Assembly (NCBI GenBank): GCA_021613535.1
Contig: CP075496.1
Span: forward strand, 6,324,001-6,388,000
Origin: Adineta vaga
Taxonomy: Eukaryota; Animalia; Rotifera
Direction: 5' to 3'
DNA length: 64,000 nt
Shown here: positions 37,501 through 62,151 of the stretch, piece after piece
Layout of the letters: every line of letters starts with the position of its first letter
Position numbering within the stretch: position 1 is the stretch's first letter
Notes under the pieces: model-generated
Seen by the model: the letters and a program-made list of their open reading frames with translations, nothing else
Database searches by the model: none
What the model was told of the DNA's origin: nothing
Made by a program: the position numbers and the translations under genes

Positions 37501-40232
37501 TGAACAACGTGTACCAAAACCAAAACGTTTGCAAGAATGGTATAAAACAATGTTAGAGATTGCTAGTCAACAACGAGTGATTGTTGATTATAAAGTTTGT
37601 TGAAATAGTTTTTCGATATCATTTTGATGTTGATCAATACTTCTTTAGGATATAATGAAAGATTGGGCTGATAGTGGAGTGAATAAAGCAACTGATATTC
37701 CATACTTTGAAGGCAGATTTTTGGACGAGTACAATCGAAGATTTAATTAAAGAGCTAGACACGGAAGAAGAAGATAGACGAAAATTAGAAGAATTCGAAT
37801 CAGTTAAAGCATGTGATGATGGATGTTATGACGATTCAATTGAAACAGAAGAACCAACAGAAGTAAAATCAAATTTAGTATTTTTATTATTTTCTAATGT
37901 CTTCTTTTCTAATAGTCATCAGATAAACGTAAATCAGGTGGTGGTACAACGCATAAAAAGAAAAATTTCAAGAAAACAACTAGTCAACGTCGAGTTACAC
38001 GAAAAAATATGACGAATGGAAATGATTTAATCTCAAAAATATATGCGACTATGGAAAAACACAAAGAGGTAGAGAGAAAATTTCTGAATTTAGACTGGAA
38101 AAAAGTAATTTTGATCCATTATCTAGTCATTTTTTGTTGTTCGCTTACGTAATCCAATGTCAACACCCGCAACATTAATCGATACAGATCCTTTGATTCA
38201 ATGCGATTTAATGGAATCTCGTGATGCTTTCTTAAATTTTTCTCGTGAAAAACATTGTGAATTTTCTTCATTACGTCGTGCCAAATATTCAACAATGATT
38301 TCATTAATCGATTTACATTCATCAACAGCAGATAAAGTATCGCATACTTGTAACGCATGTCGACAGCAATGTGATATTCGATATCATTGTACTGTATGTG
38401 AAGATTATGATCTATGTAGTAAATGTTATTTGACTATCAAACATGAACATCGAATGGAACGTTCAGATGATACCAATGAAACAACAACAAATTCTGACAC
38501 ACCAGTCAATACTACACAACAAAAACAAGTTACCATGCAAAAAATGTTGGATGCTATACGTCATGCTATACAATGTCGAAACGCTAATTGTATATATAAA
38601 CATTGTTCACCATGTAAACGACTTCTTCAACATACTAGAGAATGTACGAAAATATTAAGAAATCAATGTCCACTGTGTAGTAAAATTCTTACACCCGTTT
38701 GGTTTCATGCAAAAACGTGTGTGGATCAACACTGTCCGGTTAGTTATAAAAAGATATATAAATTGATAATAGATAGTAATTTCGTTTTTGGTTTAGTTAC
38801 CATATTGTGGGAGCTTTAAACAGAAACTTCAACGACAACGTGCAGCAACAATGCAAGCTGATCGAAGACGTATGAAAGCAATGCATCGAGCTACAACGGG
38901 ACCAGGTATTGTTCGATGAGAAGTTGATCCACATTGATCATAGCTATCTCGATTAGTATTAAATCGTTTGAGTTTTATAAAGTTTTCTGATCTGCATTCA
39001 TGTTCCATCTATATCCCATCAATTGAGAAACTATTTTACATAGAGCTTACAATGAGCACTTTGGTTCTGTTTATTCACAATAATTTCGTTTTTGTAGGAC
39101 CATCACCACTCAATTCACAAACTTCTGAACTAGCATCTACAACTCAATATCATCATTCAAAAGAAATAGCTTCACCTAATTCATCAGGCAAAATGATGCC
39201 AGCAGGAGGTAAAGGTGGCAAAACATCCTCTATGAATGGATTACTTCGTAGTAATTTATCCCAACAAGCGTCATCTCAACTACAACATCCGCCGTATTAT
39301 AATGGAGGCAAAGGTAATCCAACAAGTGGTAGTACAAGTGGATATCCCATGATGATGCCACATTCTCAAACAACATCACAACCTTGGATGGCATCACAAC
39401 AACAACTTCGATATCCATCACATGGTGGAAAACCAATCGCATATGGTCAACAGAGAATACCTTACGGAAGCGATCCATACATAATGAGACAACAAACTCC
39501 ACAAGTTTTACCACCATCATCAGCAACAGTAACTCCACCAGCATATTCATATCAACCAACTATTCGTATATTATTTCTTGTTAAAAAATCATCATCTAAT
39601 TATTTCTTTATTTTTTAGCTCCATCAGGGTATTCGTTTCCTCAATCGATGGACACTAGTTCCGTTGGCATGATCCGTACAGGAAAACCAATGACACCTCA
39701 ACAACCACAAATGCCAAATCGATACCCAAGTAATCCATATTATAATCAACCTCCATCCATGCCCTACCCACAACAACAACAACAACAAACAGTAACACAT
39801 CGATCTTTCTCTCAAAATGCGACGGCAAACTATTCTACTCCAACAATGTCATCCAATGGTATTGTAAATAAACCAAACCTCATGGAATCCATCGACTTAA
39901 AATCTGATGATTCGTTTGATGATCTATCCAAATTACAAATGCCACAAGCTCAACAACAAATGTTTCATCCATTAATTCAATCTCGTTCACGTCCACAATC
40001 ACCTTCTTATTATGCAAATATGCCACCAACTAATAATACTTATTATTCATCACAACGTCCAATGACGCCAACATCTGAATATAATATGAGTGTTGGTCGT
40101 GGTATTCGTCTCTCGTCTGCGCCAACAAACACATATGGAACAATCCCTGTTCAACCACGAATGTATGCTTCTCCATCGTCAAATGATTTTTCAATGGGGA
40201 TTCAATCAACTCCACCACCACCTCCATCCTAA
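34509..40232 (+). CDS. CREBBP: CBP/p300 histone acetyltransferase (TAZ1, KIX, bromodomain, RING, PHD, HAT, ZZ, TAZ2, Q/P-rich tail)
   Basis: LLLHAHKC, RSHLVKRI (KIX), IKNPMD...FNNAWIFN, GYCCGR, YPYRTKAIFAFQEIDG, RRVYISYLDSVH, HIWACPPSEGDDYIF, KRLQEWY, EFSSLRRAKYST. Confidence 0.95.
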
Positions 40233-41018
40233 CTTCTAATTAAATCAACATTTTCTTCTTTATTTTCTATTTATTATCTTTGTTGTAAGTTTTGTCTATC
40301 TCTATTTTTCTTTTGTTTTGTTTTGAAGTTATGTGTTGCCGATTGATTTTATTCTTTATGTCAAATCATCCATCAACAGATTCGATTAGAAAAATTTGCA
40401 CGATGATTTTTCATTTGCTTTTTTGTTCCACTGATCTCTGTCTGCTATAAAACGATGTATAAAACAAAACCAATTCGTTTTATTTATACTTTTTCTTTTC
40501 TTTGGTACAAGTTGACACAAGAAAAACAAACAGAATTTCGCGTATATTGTTCTGCTTTGTAGTGTTGTTTTTACCATTGCTAATGTAAATTGTTTGCTTG
40601 TTGTGGTGGAATAAAACCTAAATGATTTCTCTTCTCTAATCATTTTTTTTTCATCTTTGTCTTTTTCTTTACTGTCTTCTATTTTTCATACTGAATCTTT
40701 TTGTTGTTCTTGTTGTATGTGTACTCTTTCTTTTCTCGAGTTCTTCTTGATTTCCACAGGGAGGATCAGTCTGTTTTGTATGTGTATCTTTTTCTTCTTT
40801 TTTCTAACGGCATAAATACGCATTCATATGTCGTTACAAACATTTTTTTTCTTTTTCTATTTGTACTAATAATATAAATAATAAAAATCAGATGAGTAAT
40901 TAAACGTGTAACCTCATTTTTCGACACAACATTAAATTCTACTATTTAGACGTTCATTTAAAACATATTTATTTCTGATACATTTGTCACGTTTATTTAA
41001 GGAAGAAATTTCATTAGT

Positions 41019-41866
41019 CTATTGTATTTCACGACTGCCTGTTAGTAGATCATCCACTTTATGATCTTTCAATTGAGGTCGAGCTTCATAAGTTGCAATG
41101 ACCACTTGTGATTGTACTTCCTATTTATATAAAGAGAGTAAAAGAAAAGAAATTTCAGGTATTGAAAAAGAAATCTTGCTTACACCAAGATATTCTCCAC
41201 GAAGACCAATGTAATAAACACGTGTTGATTCATCACCAAAATTCGATGGAAAATATAAAGAAAGATGTGTTACACGTGAGAAATGTGTTGGACTGAAAGA
41301 AAACTATTCATTATTATCTTTTTGATCAATCGAAATTTTTACCTGACTTGATATGCTAATGTACCGGATGGATCGTATGTAAGTGGAATCTCTTGATGAG
41401 CTTTACCTCGTGCATTATCAAATCGTACTTCAGGTAAATTACTCCATCTATTTGATTAAAAACAATCTTATTCTGACATGAACAATAAAAAACTTTATTC
41501 ACATACAGTTTAACAGTATTTGGATGCGATGGATCATTCTCACCGATGACACATAGACCTGTTATTTTCACAGCACCATGAAATGGTATACTGAAAAGTA
41601 GTTCTGGATCATCATCACTTTCAACTACCTTTAAAAATAGAAAAATTGTTTTTGAAAAAAAATACATCCAATTCGAATCGTAACAAAGAATCTACTTTTG
41701 ATCGATCAAGTCTTTCATCCCATGCTCGAAAAATTTCTTTTCCAGAACCATCATGCTTTTCATTATAACATTGTAAATTATATTTATCTATTTTTGTATA
41801 TAAATTCCATTGTCCAACATTTGTCTCATCTACGTGTTGACATGTATGTGAACATGAATGTTGCAT
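41019..41866 (-). CDS. PITHD1: PITH domain-containing protein 1, ~5 exons
   Basis: NLYTKIDK..LQCYNE..DGSGKEIFRAWDERLD, VESDDDPELLFSIPFHGAVKITG, VYYIGLRGE, ATYEARPQLKDHKV. Confidence 0.92.
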
Positions 41867-41976
41867 GATATGTATCTGAAGAAATCAATCATTATGATCG
41901 AATGATTTATTTCATCACAACAATAAATCAAATTTTATATAATATACAATGAAAAAGAAAGAAAATTTATTTAGTT

Positions 41977-43942
41977 TTAAGTACGTCCTTTATGTTTCTT
42001 TTCATGAAGTAATGCACTACTTTCTTCACGTCGTCGTTTAGTCATTGGATTTCTTGGATCATATACTTTTAATAAATCAGCATTGGTATAAATATCTTGA
42101 ACATTATCGAGAAGTTCTTCGGAAACAAGACAATGTTTCAGAAATTGTTCATCAGCATTGTCAGCTGCTTCCTCGATTTTTGGTTCAGTTGCTGATTCGT
42201 TCGTTGGATCAACTTTAACAGTATGAACTTTTCCTCGAAATTTAGCTAATAAATCAAGTGTCTAAAATTGCAAAATAAGCGTCGTATAATGAATTCCAGT
42301 GAACGATAAACGATTAAGAACAAACTTGAGATTCTCTTGAATTGGAATGACTTTTATGATTCTTTTTTAAATTTCGTCTGGTACCAGCCATCAGTTCATC
42401 CATTAGTACAGAAGTATCCGCCGTCACTGGTTGAAGAGGTGGTGGAGTTGCTAAAAACGAAACAATCGTATGTTATTACTTGTACTCTCACATCGAATAA
42501 ATTGATATAAATGTCATTACTTACGTTCTTTTTCTTGTCGATCAGTATCTTCCGACGATTTGTCTACTACTGATGATTTTTTCATTTGTTTCAATTCTTT
42601 TTTCAATCGTTCGATTTCCTTTTTCACATTTTCATTACTACAAAAGAAAAAGAAAAATATTTTTTTTTGCTATTCATTTTTAATACTTACGATTTTGATT
42701 TCGAACTCATCGATTGATCTTCTTCATCTTCATCATCATCAGCATCAAGTGCAGGTGCTTTTTTCTTTTCTTGTACTGCTAATTTTTTGGCATTGAATTT
42801 TTGTCGTACTCGATCAAGTTCTTCTTTATCATAATCGTCATCATTCTTCTGTTTAGGTTTAGAAGTATTTTTTTCAATTGGCAATTCTTCATCACTTTGT
42901 TCATCTTCTTCATCTAATCGAACTGTACTTTTACTCAATGTAGAATCATTTGTTAAATCATGAGCACTTTTGCCACTTCCTTTTTGTTTAAATTGCTAAA
43001 AAGATTCAAATTATACAATGAAAGAAGAGTTGTAATCATTAGAATTCTACCATGGAAACTTTGGTTACTTCTTCTTCGTCTTCTTCTGCTTCATTTCCAA
43101 AAGATAACAAACCATAATTTCTAGAAAAGAAACAAATCGTTCATCTCGTCATATTCATTTTTTTGTAATTAAACTGTACTTGACAGCTTTAGCAAATACA
43201 GTTGACTTAGATTTTTTATTTTCATCTTCTTTATCAACAAGTTCCGGTTTTGATCGAGGACGTGCTACCATATTATCAAAAGGATTGAATATAATCTATA
43301 CGAAATTACTAATTTAAACAAAACTAATCAAATTTCTTCTAACCTCTGTTTTGATTATTTTATGTTTATATACTGGTGTTTCTTCAATAATTTCACCTTC
43401 GCCCAACTTCAACATATTGAATAAAGTATTGCCAACAACCTTTCCAAATAATGTATTTTTCTTATCAAGTTCAGATGCAGGACCCAATGTAAAAAAGAAT
43501 TGACTAGCATTGGTATTTGGTCCTTGATTAACCATACCCAAAAGACCACGACGATTAAAACGTAAACGTGTATGAAATTCATCCTAAATATTGAACAAAT
43601 TCAAACGTAATCAAATCAATTAAATTGTCTATTTACAGCAAAGAATGAACCCGTTGATGATTCATGTACTTCACCGGTACCAGTTGGATCACCACCTTGG
43701 GCAATAAAATTTGGTACAACTCGATGAAAAATTGAACCATCATAATAACCATCTATACATAATTGAACAAAATTTCGACATGCTAACGGACATTCTTTCG
43801 AGAAAAGTTCCTAGAAAAGTATATACTTCGAATATTTCTTGTTAAAACAGTAGACAAATCATACAATTTCTATATCACCAACAGTTGTTTCTAAAACAAC
43901 TTTTCCACGAGTAGCTGGTTCTTGTATATAGATATTACTCAT
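41977..43942 (-). CDS. CWC27: Spliceosome-associated cyclophilin CWC27
   Basis: [95 protein letters not shown]. Confidence 0.93.
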
Positions 43943-44076
43943 CTAAAACATAACAATTCAGTTGGACTAAAAATATGCTGAGAAAGTATAAATAGAAGAA
44001 AAACGTCGTTTTGATCAACTTCGAAATCTATATAAATATGTATTTATAATTGAAAATCGTTTTTTCTTCTGATATT

Positions 44077-45617
<1,541 letters not shown>

Positions 45618-46253
45618 TATTGATTTGTTGATCTAAAACCAACAATAAAGAGACCATATTGATAATCGTAAATGAGTTTAGATTTTCTTTTAAATGTAAA
45701 GATATGTGAATGTTTATTAAATTGGGTTTTTTAAAAGTTTCGAGAGATACAAACAAAAAAAAAGAAGAAGAAGAGAAATGAGAGGAATGCAGTGAACTGT
45801 GTTTAAAAGCTTAAAGAAAAAGAAAAATGCACAGACAAAAAAAAAGAAAGAAACGGAATATTAAAGATAATGAAATTGTTAAAGATTTGCATCGTTTGAC
45901 ATGCACGTGACAAATTAACCTAGATAAATATGAGAAACAGTAACAGTAACAACAACAATGATGAACGAATATCACGGGGGTTTTCTTCTCCCTTTTTTTC
46001 CCATTCAACAAACGAAAAGAAAAACAATACATAGCAATCGCTCTCACCATTTCAAAGAAAAAACCTTAGATCTCTTTGTTTTCCGGAAAAAAAGACAACC
46101 AGACACATGTAGATAATTTGGAATGTTGATAAGAAAGATATTCAAAAAACCCACATATGAAAGCGCAAAGAAGAAAAAGAAAAAAGACTCTAAATATTGA
46201 TCGTCACGAAAAAAAAAAGAAGACGTAATTACACTACGAATAAGAAATACATT

Positions 46254-56659
<10,406 letters not shown>

Positions 56660-57611
56660 CGCAAAATCTAAAATAAATAAAATAAGTAAATAAATAAACA
56701 AGAAATTCGCTGGACACGTATTTCTAGCGTTATAACGGAGTAGTGTTGATAAAAAAAAAGGGTATAGCTCTAATAAAGTATAATAGTCCTCTTTATTATT
56801 CTTTTTTTCTTCATTATTCTTAGTTTCTATTGATTCATTCTTTTTTTTCGTTCGTTTTCTCTTCTCTATCATCATCAGGAAACGTATACAGCCCGTTGAT
56901 TACTCATCGCTTCCCAAGTGAGACACATCGTAGAGTCATAGAATTTTCGGTTGATTGATTTGTTTTATTCTACCAATAGAATTCCATCACAATCCTCTAA
57001 AAAACAATATGAATAATAGCGAGTGACATCTATCTCGTCGTGTATAGTTTAATTTTTTTTATCTCGAACGTTTGTTTCAGTTGATTTGATTGAAATATCA
57101 TTAATGCGAAAGTTGTAAGTTGAATTCAATTCTTCACTTTTCAAGCGATTGAAGAGATGTTGACGTTATATGAAAAATCAATGAATATTTCGATAAATAT
57201 TGAAATCTACTTAGATTGCATACTAAGACCACTTTAATTTTAATCAAAATAATTATTTTCGAATTGATTAAACTCTAACTATAATTTCATTTTAGTTAAA
57301 ATTGACTTAAATCGACCACACTATTAACAATTTTGTGTAGAGTTTTGAGATCGATTTTAAGTTTTCTTTCTACTCCATTTTCTATGTGAATTCAAAGAAA
57401 ATGTTTCAAAATAACATTTGCTTTAAAAAAAACATGCAATTTATACAAGCTAAACTATAATCAAAGTTTGATTTTTACACACGAATTCTTCAATTGTTGT
57501 CAAAATCTCTTATTTATAAAGTGGGATCTTATAGAAAAAAACACGTTTATATAGTAAGACAGTGTGAAGTTTAATTAAAAATAATGTCACAATCATCGTA
57601 TGTCAACTGTT

Positions 57612-57845
57612 TTATATATAGTACATAGACAAAATCATAAAACGTGGCTGATAAGAATATAAAAAAACCATAGGTCTCCAACGACCATTAACGGGGGTTA
57701 GACAGGCGATGACCTTATATACTTGGTCACGAATTCTTGTCTCTCCAAAAAATAGGCAACGGTTTGGGTTCCATTCAAAATTTGTACATCGCCGTAATGA
57801 TTTGTCTGTTGATAAGTTTGGACGTGAGTATAAGTGAGGATGCAT
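57612..57845 (-). CDS. Candidate small orphan ORF (77 aa) or structured element
   Basis: ATG-initiated ORF in a locally GC-richer patch between INTS7 and NBEA. No motif recognised. Confidence 0.3.
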   Translation of the reverse strand: MHPHLYSRPNLSTDKSLRRCTNFEWNPNRCLFFGETRIRDQVYKVIACLTPVNGRWRPMVFLYSYQPRFMILSMYYI

Positions 57846-58117
57846 ATGTATGTATTGAAGGAAATTATATAGATGTAATATTTTTGTTCGTCAAAGATAA
57901 AAGCAAAATAGTTTTGAGAGTGTTTTTGCAATCTATTGAGGAAATCTTTAAACATCTTACCAGAATTTTTAGATTCAAGTGCTTTTTTTTATTGTATATT
58001 TAACAAGTGCATACATATGTATATATATATTGAATTCAAAGAAAGGAAAAACATGAAAAGAGTGAGCATGTCGATGAGAAAGAAAGAAAGAAAGAAAATC
58101 CTTCGATAGATTATCTA

Positions 58118-61100
58118 TCAATTCGACATTGTATTGTTGACTTCGAGTACAGAACGATCTTGATTTTCATTCGAATGAACCACTGACAACTATTACAAAT
58201 AGAAAAGAAAACAAGATTTTTGCTGATTATCATTCCATAAAATCGTTCTCATACTTTGACGGTAGTCCGTTGCAATTTTTGAAAGAACATTCGTGGAATT
58301 GCTGGAGAGATTGCTACTAACGAACTAGCTAGATATTGAAGAATAGCTAATTCCTGAAATAATAAATAAAAATATAGTTCTGCGAAGTATAATTAAATAA
58401 TAATAATTTACTTCATCGATGTTAGCATTCTTTTTTATTGTTTTCTTGCCATGTAATCGAGTACATACGAAATCAATAATATGTTGCAAACGAATAAACA
58501 TTTGTTCAGTGAATCCATCTCGCCATGACATTTCATTCAGTCGATTTAACCAAATAGTTTTATCAACCCTAAATATTTGATCATAGATACATGTCATTAG
58601 AAATTAGAAATTTTGTTTACGGAACATGTCGAATAATTCGTTCAATAACAGCATAAATAATATCACAAAGATAACGATTAAATGTTAAACACCATAATGT
58701 TTGTGTGTCAGCATCAGAACAAGATTGTTGTTGAACATTATTGATTTTAGAACTAACGGTAGAAAAGCGCTTCGCCATGATAGTCAACTGACAAATGAAA
58801 TAGAATTAAAATGATATATTCGAAATCGATTATTCTACATTGGACATTCAAAACTCACCATTCGTTTGCCCAGTGAATCAAAACCAATCATTCCTAAATC
58901 ATATTGATATATTGTATGGATAAGTTCATAAAAATGATATATAATCGATGAACGTATACTACAATAAGCTCGTTCAAAACCAAATTGCGTATCATTTGAA
59001 CGTTCATCTTCATCACAAGATAATTTTCTCTAGAGAAATAAAATATATAAAAATTGTTGATAATAAAAACAATAATTTTATTCTTACAGGCATTTGTATC
59101 AAACTTGACTCATAAAATGCTCCAGCTTCTGCTAGAGTGTCACATACCATTTGTAAATCATTTGTAGAAGAATTCATTAATGCTTGTAATCGTTCTTCAC
59201 CTCGACACATATCAATCAATGCTTCCAACCACATCAGATGTAATGATACACGCACATAGTTAATCAATCTTTGTAAAAGTTCAATAGCTAATTTATACAG
59301 GCAATGTCTGATACACCAACGAGCCAGTAAAAAACATTTCCATAATGAAAGTTGTTTAATATATTCATGAATTTCATTCATATCATTTGGATTCGAAAGA
59401 ACAAATAGAGCAAGAAGATTGTACTATATATAGAAGAAGAAAAAAACTTATCATTCAAAATTTTCTATTCATAAAATAAGTTCTTACTCGAACATCATCA
59501 TTTAGTGATGTATGTGCTAGTAAACGGCGTAATTGTACAAGCTGATTAGTAATAATTTCCGTATGGTTGATAGATAAACGAACAAGTGATTTAGTCAAAT
59601 ATGATGATATTTCAGAACCTAAAATAAATGTGAAGAATTCATTTTCAATAGCTTTCTTTCGATTTTTATACTTTGAACATTGTCACATGTAGTAAAAAGT
59701 AGATGAATAAAATTTTGTGCACTATCAGTAGATACTCGTGATAATTGTTCAATTAAATTGAGAGTATCCTATGAAAGAAAAAGTACGAAGCCTTGAATTA
59801 TGAATAAAGATTTTTGTAACAAACTTGTAATTCTTTCACATTATTGGATTGAATTACTTCAGTGAGAAGAACAGCTAATGTTGTATTTAGATATTCCGTT
59901 AAATCATTGAGCATAATTTGAGAAGAAAATGATTCATTAGTTGTAGAGTCTAAACAATACAGAACAAATGTCGTCTCAAAGATTTCTTTTTAAAATCGAA
60001 TGTCTCTATCAAAATGAAGTTCACGAACCAGTTGATCCTATGTGTGATGTATTTCGATACTTCAAAACTATTCGAAGAGTTGTTGAACAACATTGATAAG
60101 CAAATTCAATACTATGATGTATTGTGAACATTTGAAGAAGTTTTTTCAAATCTAATTTGTAATGAAACAATAAGATTTAGTGACCAAACATGGTTCGTAT
60201 TCTACCTGGAGCACACATTGGAGAAATATAACCACCACCATTGATCAATGCTTCGATAATTTTCAAGACTTGTAATCGAACATAATCATTATCACTATTA
60301 ATTGCATATTGAATGAGATCCTTTAAATGAGCGAGAGAGAGAGAGAGATATTGATCACAGTTAGTAAACAAAAACGAAATGAAAATAATCATACTTCAGT
60401 CGTCGAATCAAGCCAAACAATAGGACCACATCGAGCAATAGGAACCAAATGGGAAAGAATCAATTTTCGACAATTTTGACGTGGTTCAAGTTTGAGAAAT
60501 TGAAGAAAAAAGGTTACCTATAAAATGATCATATTTACATCTTAAGAACAAAAATACAATAAGAAAAACGAACTGTTTCACCAATTTCAATATGACTCTT
60601 CACAGCTAATCGTGCTAATGTTGGAACAGCGATTTGGAGAAACTCTTCAGTTGTATCATTTATTATCAATGATATTAATAATTGGCGACCCTGAAAAGAA
60701 TTAACATTCAATATAAATATTTTTTTGTAATTCAAAACATACTTTCATTGATACAGTTGCATCATGCGTCATGTGTTCGAAAAGTGGAACAAGCCAAGAT
60801 TTCATTGTCAATGGTGTTGTTACATCTTCAATCAGCGATACAAGTTTAGTACTAATTGACATAGCAAATGTTCTAAACAACAAAAGTACTTTATATATGT
60901 ATTCACATTTTTTTACTACTATCAGCATACTTTGAACATGGAATGAACTTTTTTGCTGCTTTGACAGCTGCTAAAATTTCCATTTCATCATTAGAATCTA
61001 ATGCATGACCAATATGAAGATGAGCTTCAACATCATCATCTAAAATATGAGCCATCATTCCAAGTGCTCTACAAACAAGATAATTATCCAATAGTTTCAA

Positions 61101-61595
61101 ACGATTAAAAACTAAAACATACCTTAATGTTAATGCTCGTGCAACACAATCATTACTATGCATAACTGAATAAATCAATTTAATTGGATCATCAAGTATA
61201 GCAGATTTATGTAATTGATTGGCTACTCGATCAAGAACTTTTGTAACATTCAAACGCATTTCATTACTTCTAAATAAAAGTAGCATTTTTCAAAACGAAT
61301 TCTTCTGAAAATGATGTACCCTTCTTGAAATAAAGTCGCTAGTTTGATCAATGCTGCCGAAAAAAGTGTCGTCGATGTTGATTGTTTATTGAATAGACTA
61401 GGTATTTTTAATATAGCCTCAAATTGTCGTTGAGGTTCTTGCGAACGAATACCTGGATGAGGAGAAGAGATAACAAACGCACAGATCAAACATATACATA
61501 GATAGAGTTTCGAACAAACCTCGATCAATATCGACCCATAAACGATTCGGATCGTCATTATAACTCGTTGTTTGATTATTTAAAAGTACATCCAT
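58118..61595 (-). CDS. INTS7: Integrator complex subunit 7, multi-exon, apparently short C-terminus
   Basis: VDIDR|GIRS...QFEAILKIPSLF...LIKLATLFQEG|SNEMRL...SVMHSNDCVARALTLR|ALG, ALDSNDEMEI, PLFEHMTHD, C-terminal IPRMFFQKLQRTTVK|LSV. Confidence 0.85.
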
Positions 61596-62151
61596 TGTAT
61601 GAGATATATCAATCTATTGCAATAAATGACACAAAAGTAGAAAATGAGTGATCATAGGTTTTTATCTTTCTTGTGTTGTAATAATTTAATAAAGACAAAA
61701 AGAATTAACAAAAAAAAAAGAATCAATGTCAAAAACAAATCAACCACCAAACAAACGAAACATTCATAAAGTGTATATAGAAATTTATGTTTGTTCGAAA
61801 ATTTTTTCATTGAATATGTAGGTATAAAGGTTTGAATTGGAGAGGAAAACATGATAACAGGAAAAAGAAAAAGTTATAAAACAACCATTTGCTTCAGTAG
61901 TATATGATTAACTGATTTTAGTCCAAGGAGAAAAAGAGACAATGAAACAAGAACAAAAATACAACAACAAATTCAATCGATTGTACTCAGTGATTACGCA
62001 AATATATATGACTAGAGACTAAATATAACTTATTTCTCTCAAACAAACCACTCAGAATGACTAATGTTTTCATTGCATGTTGTATTGAAACGTAAATGAT
62101 ATCATGTATCACTGGTGTAACTGATTGCTTGAATAGAACGAACAGTTATTT

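Noticed and set aside
57815-57835. ATACTCACGT resembling the U1 snRNA 5' end, and nearby CTAACCC resembling a telomerase template
   Set aside because: No U1 stem-loops follow and there is no supporting telomerase RNA structure.
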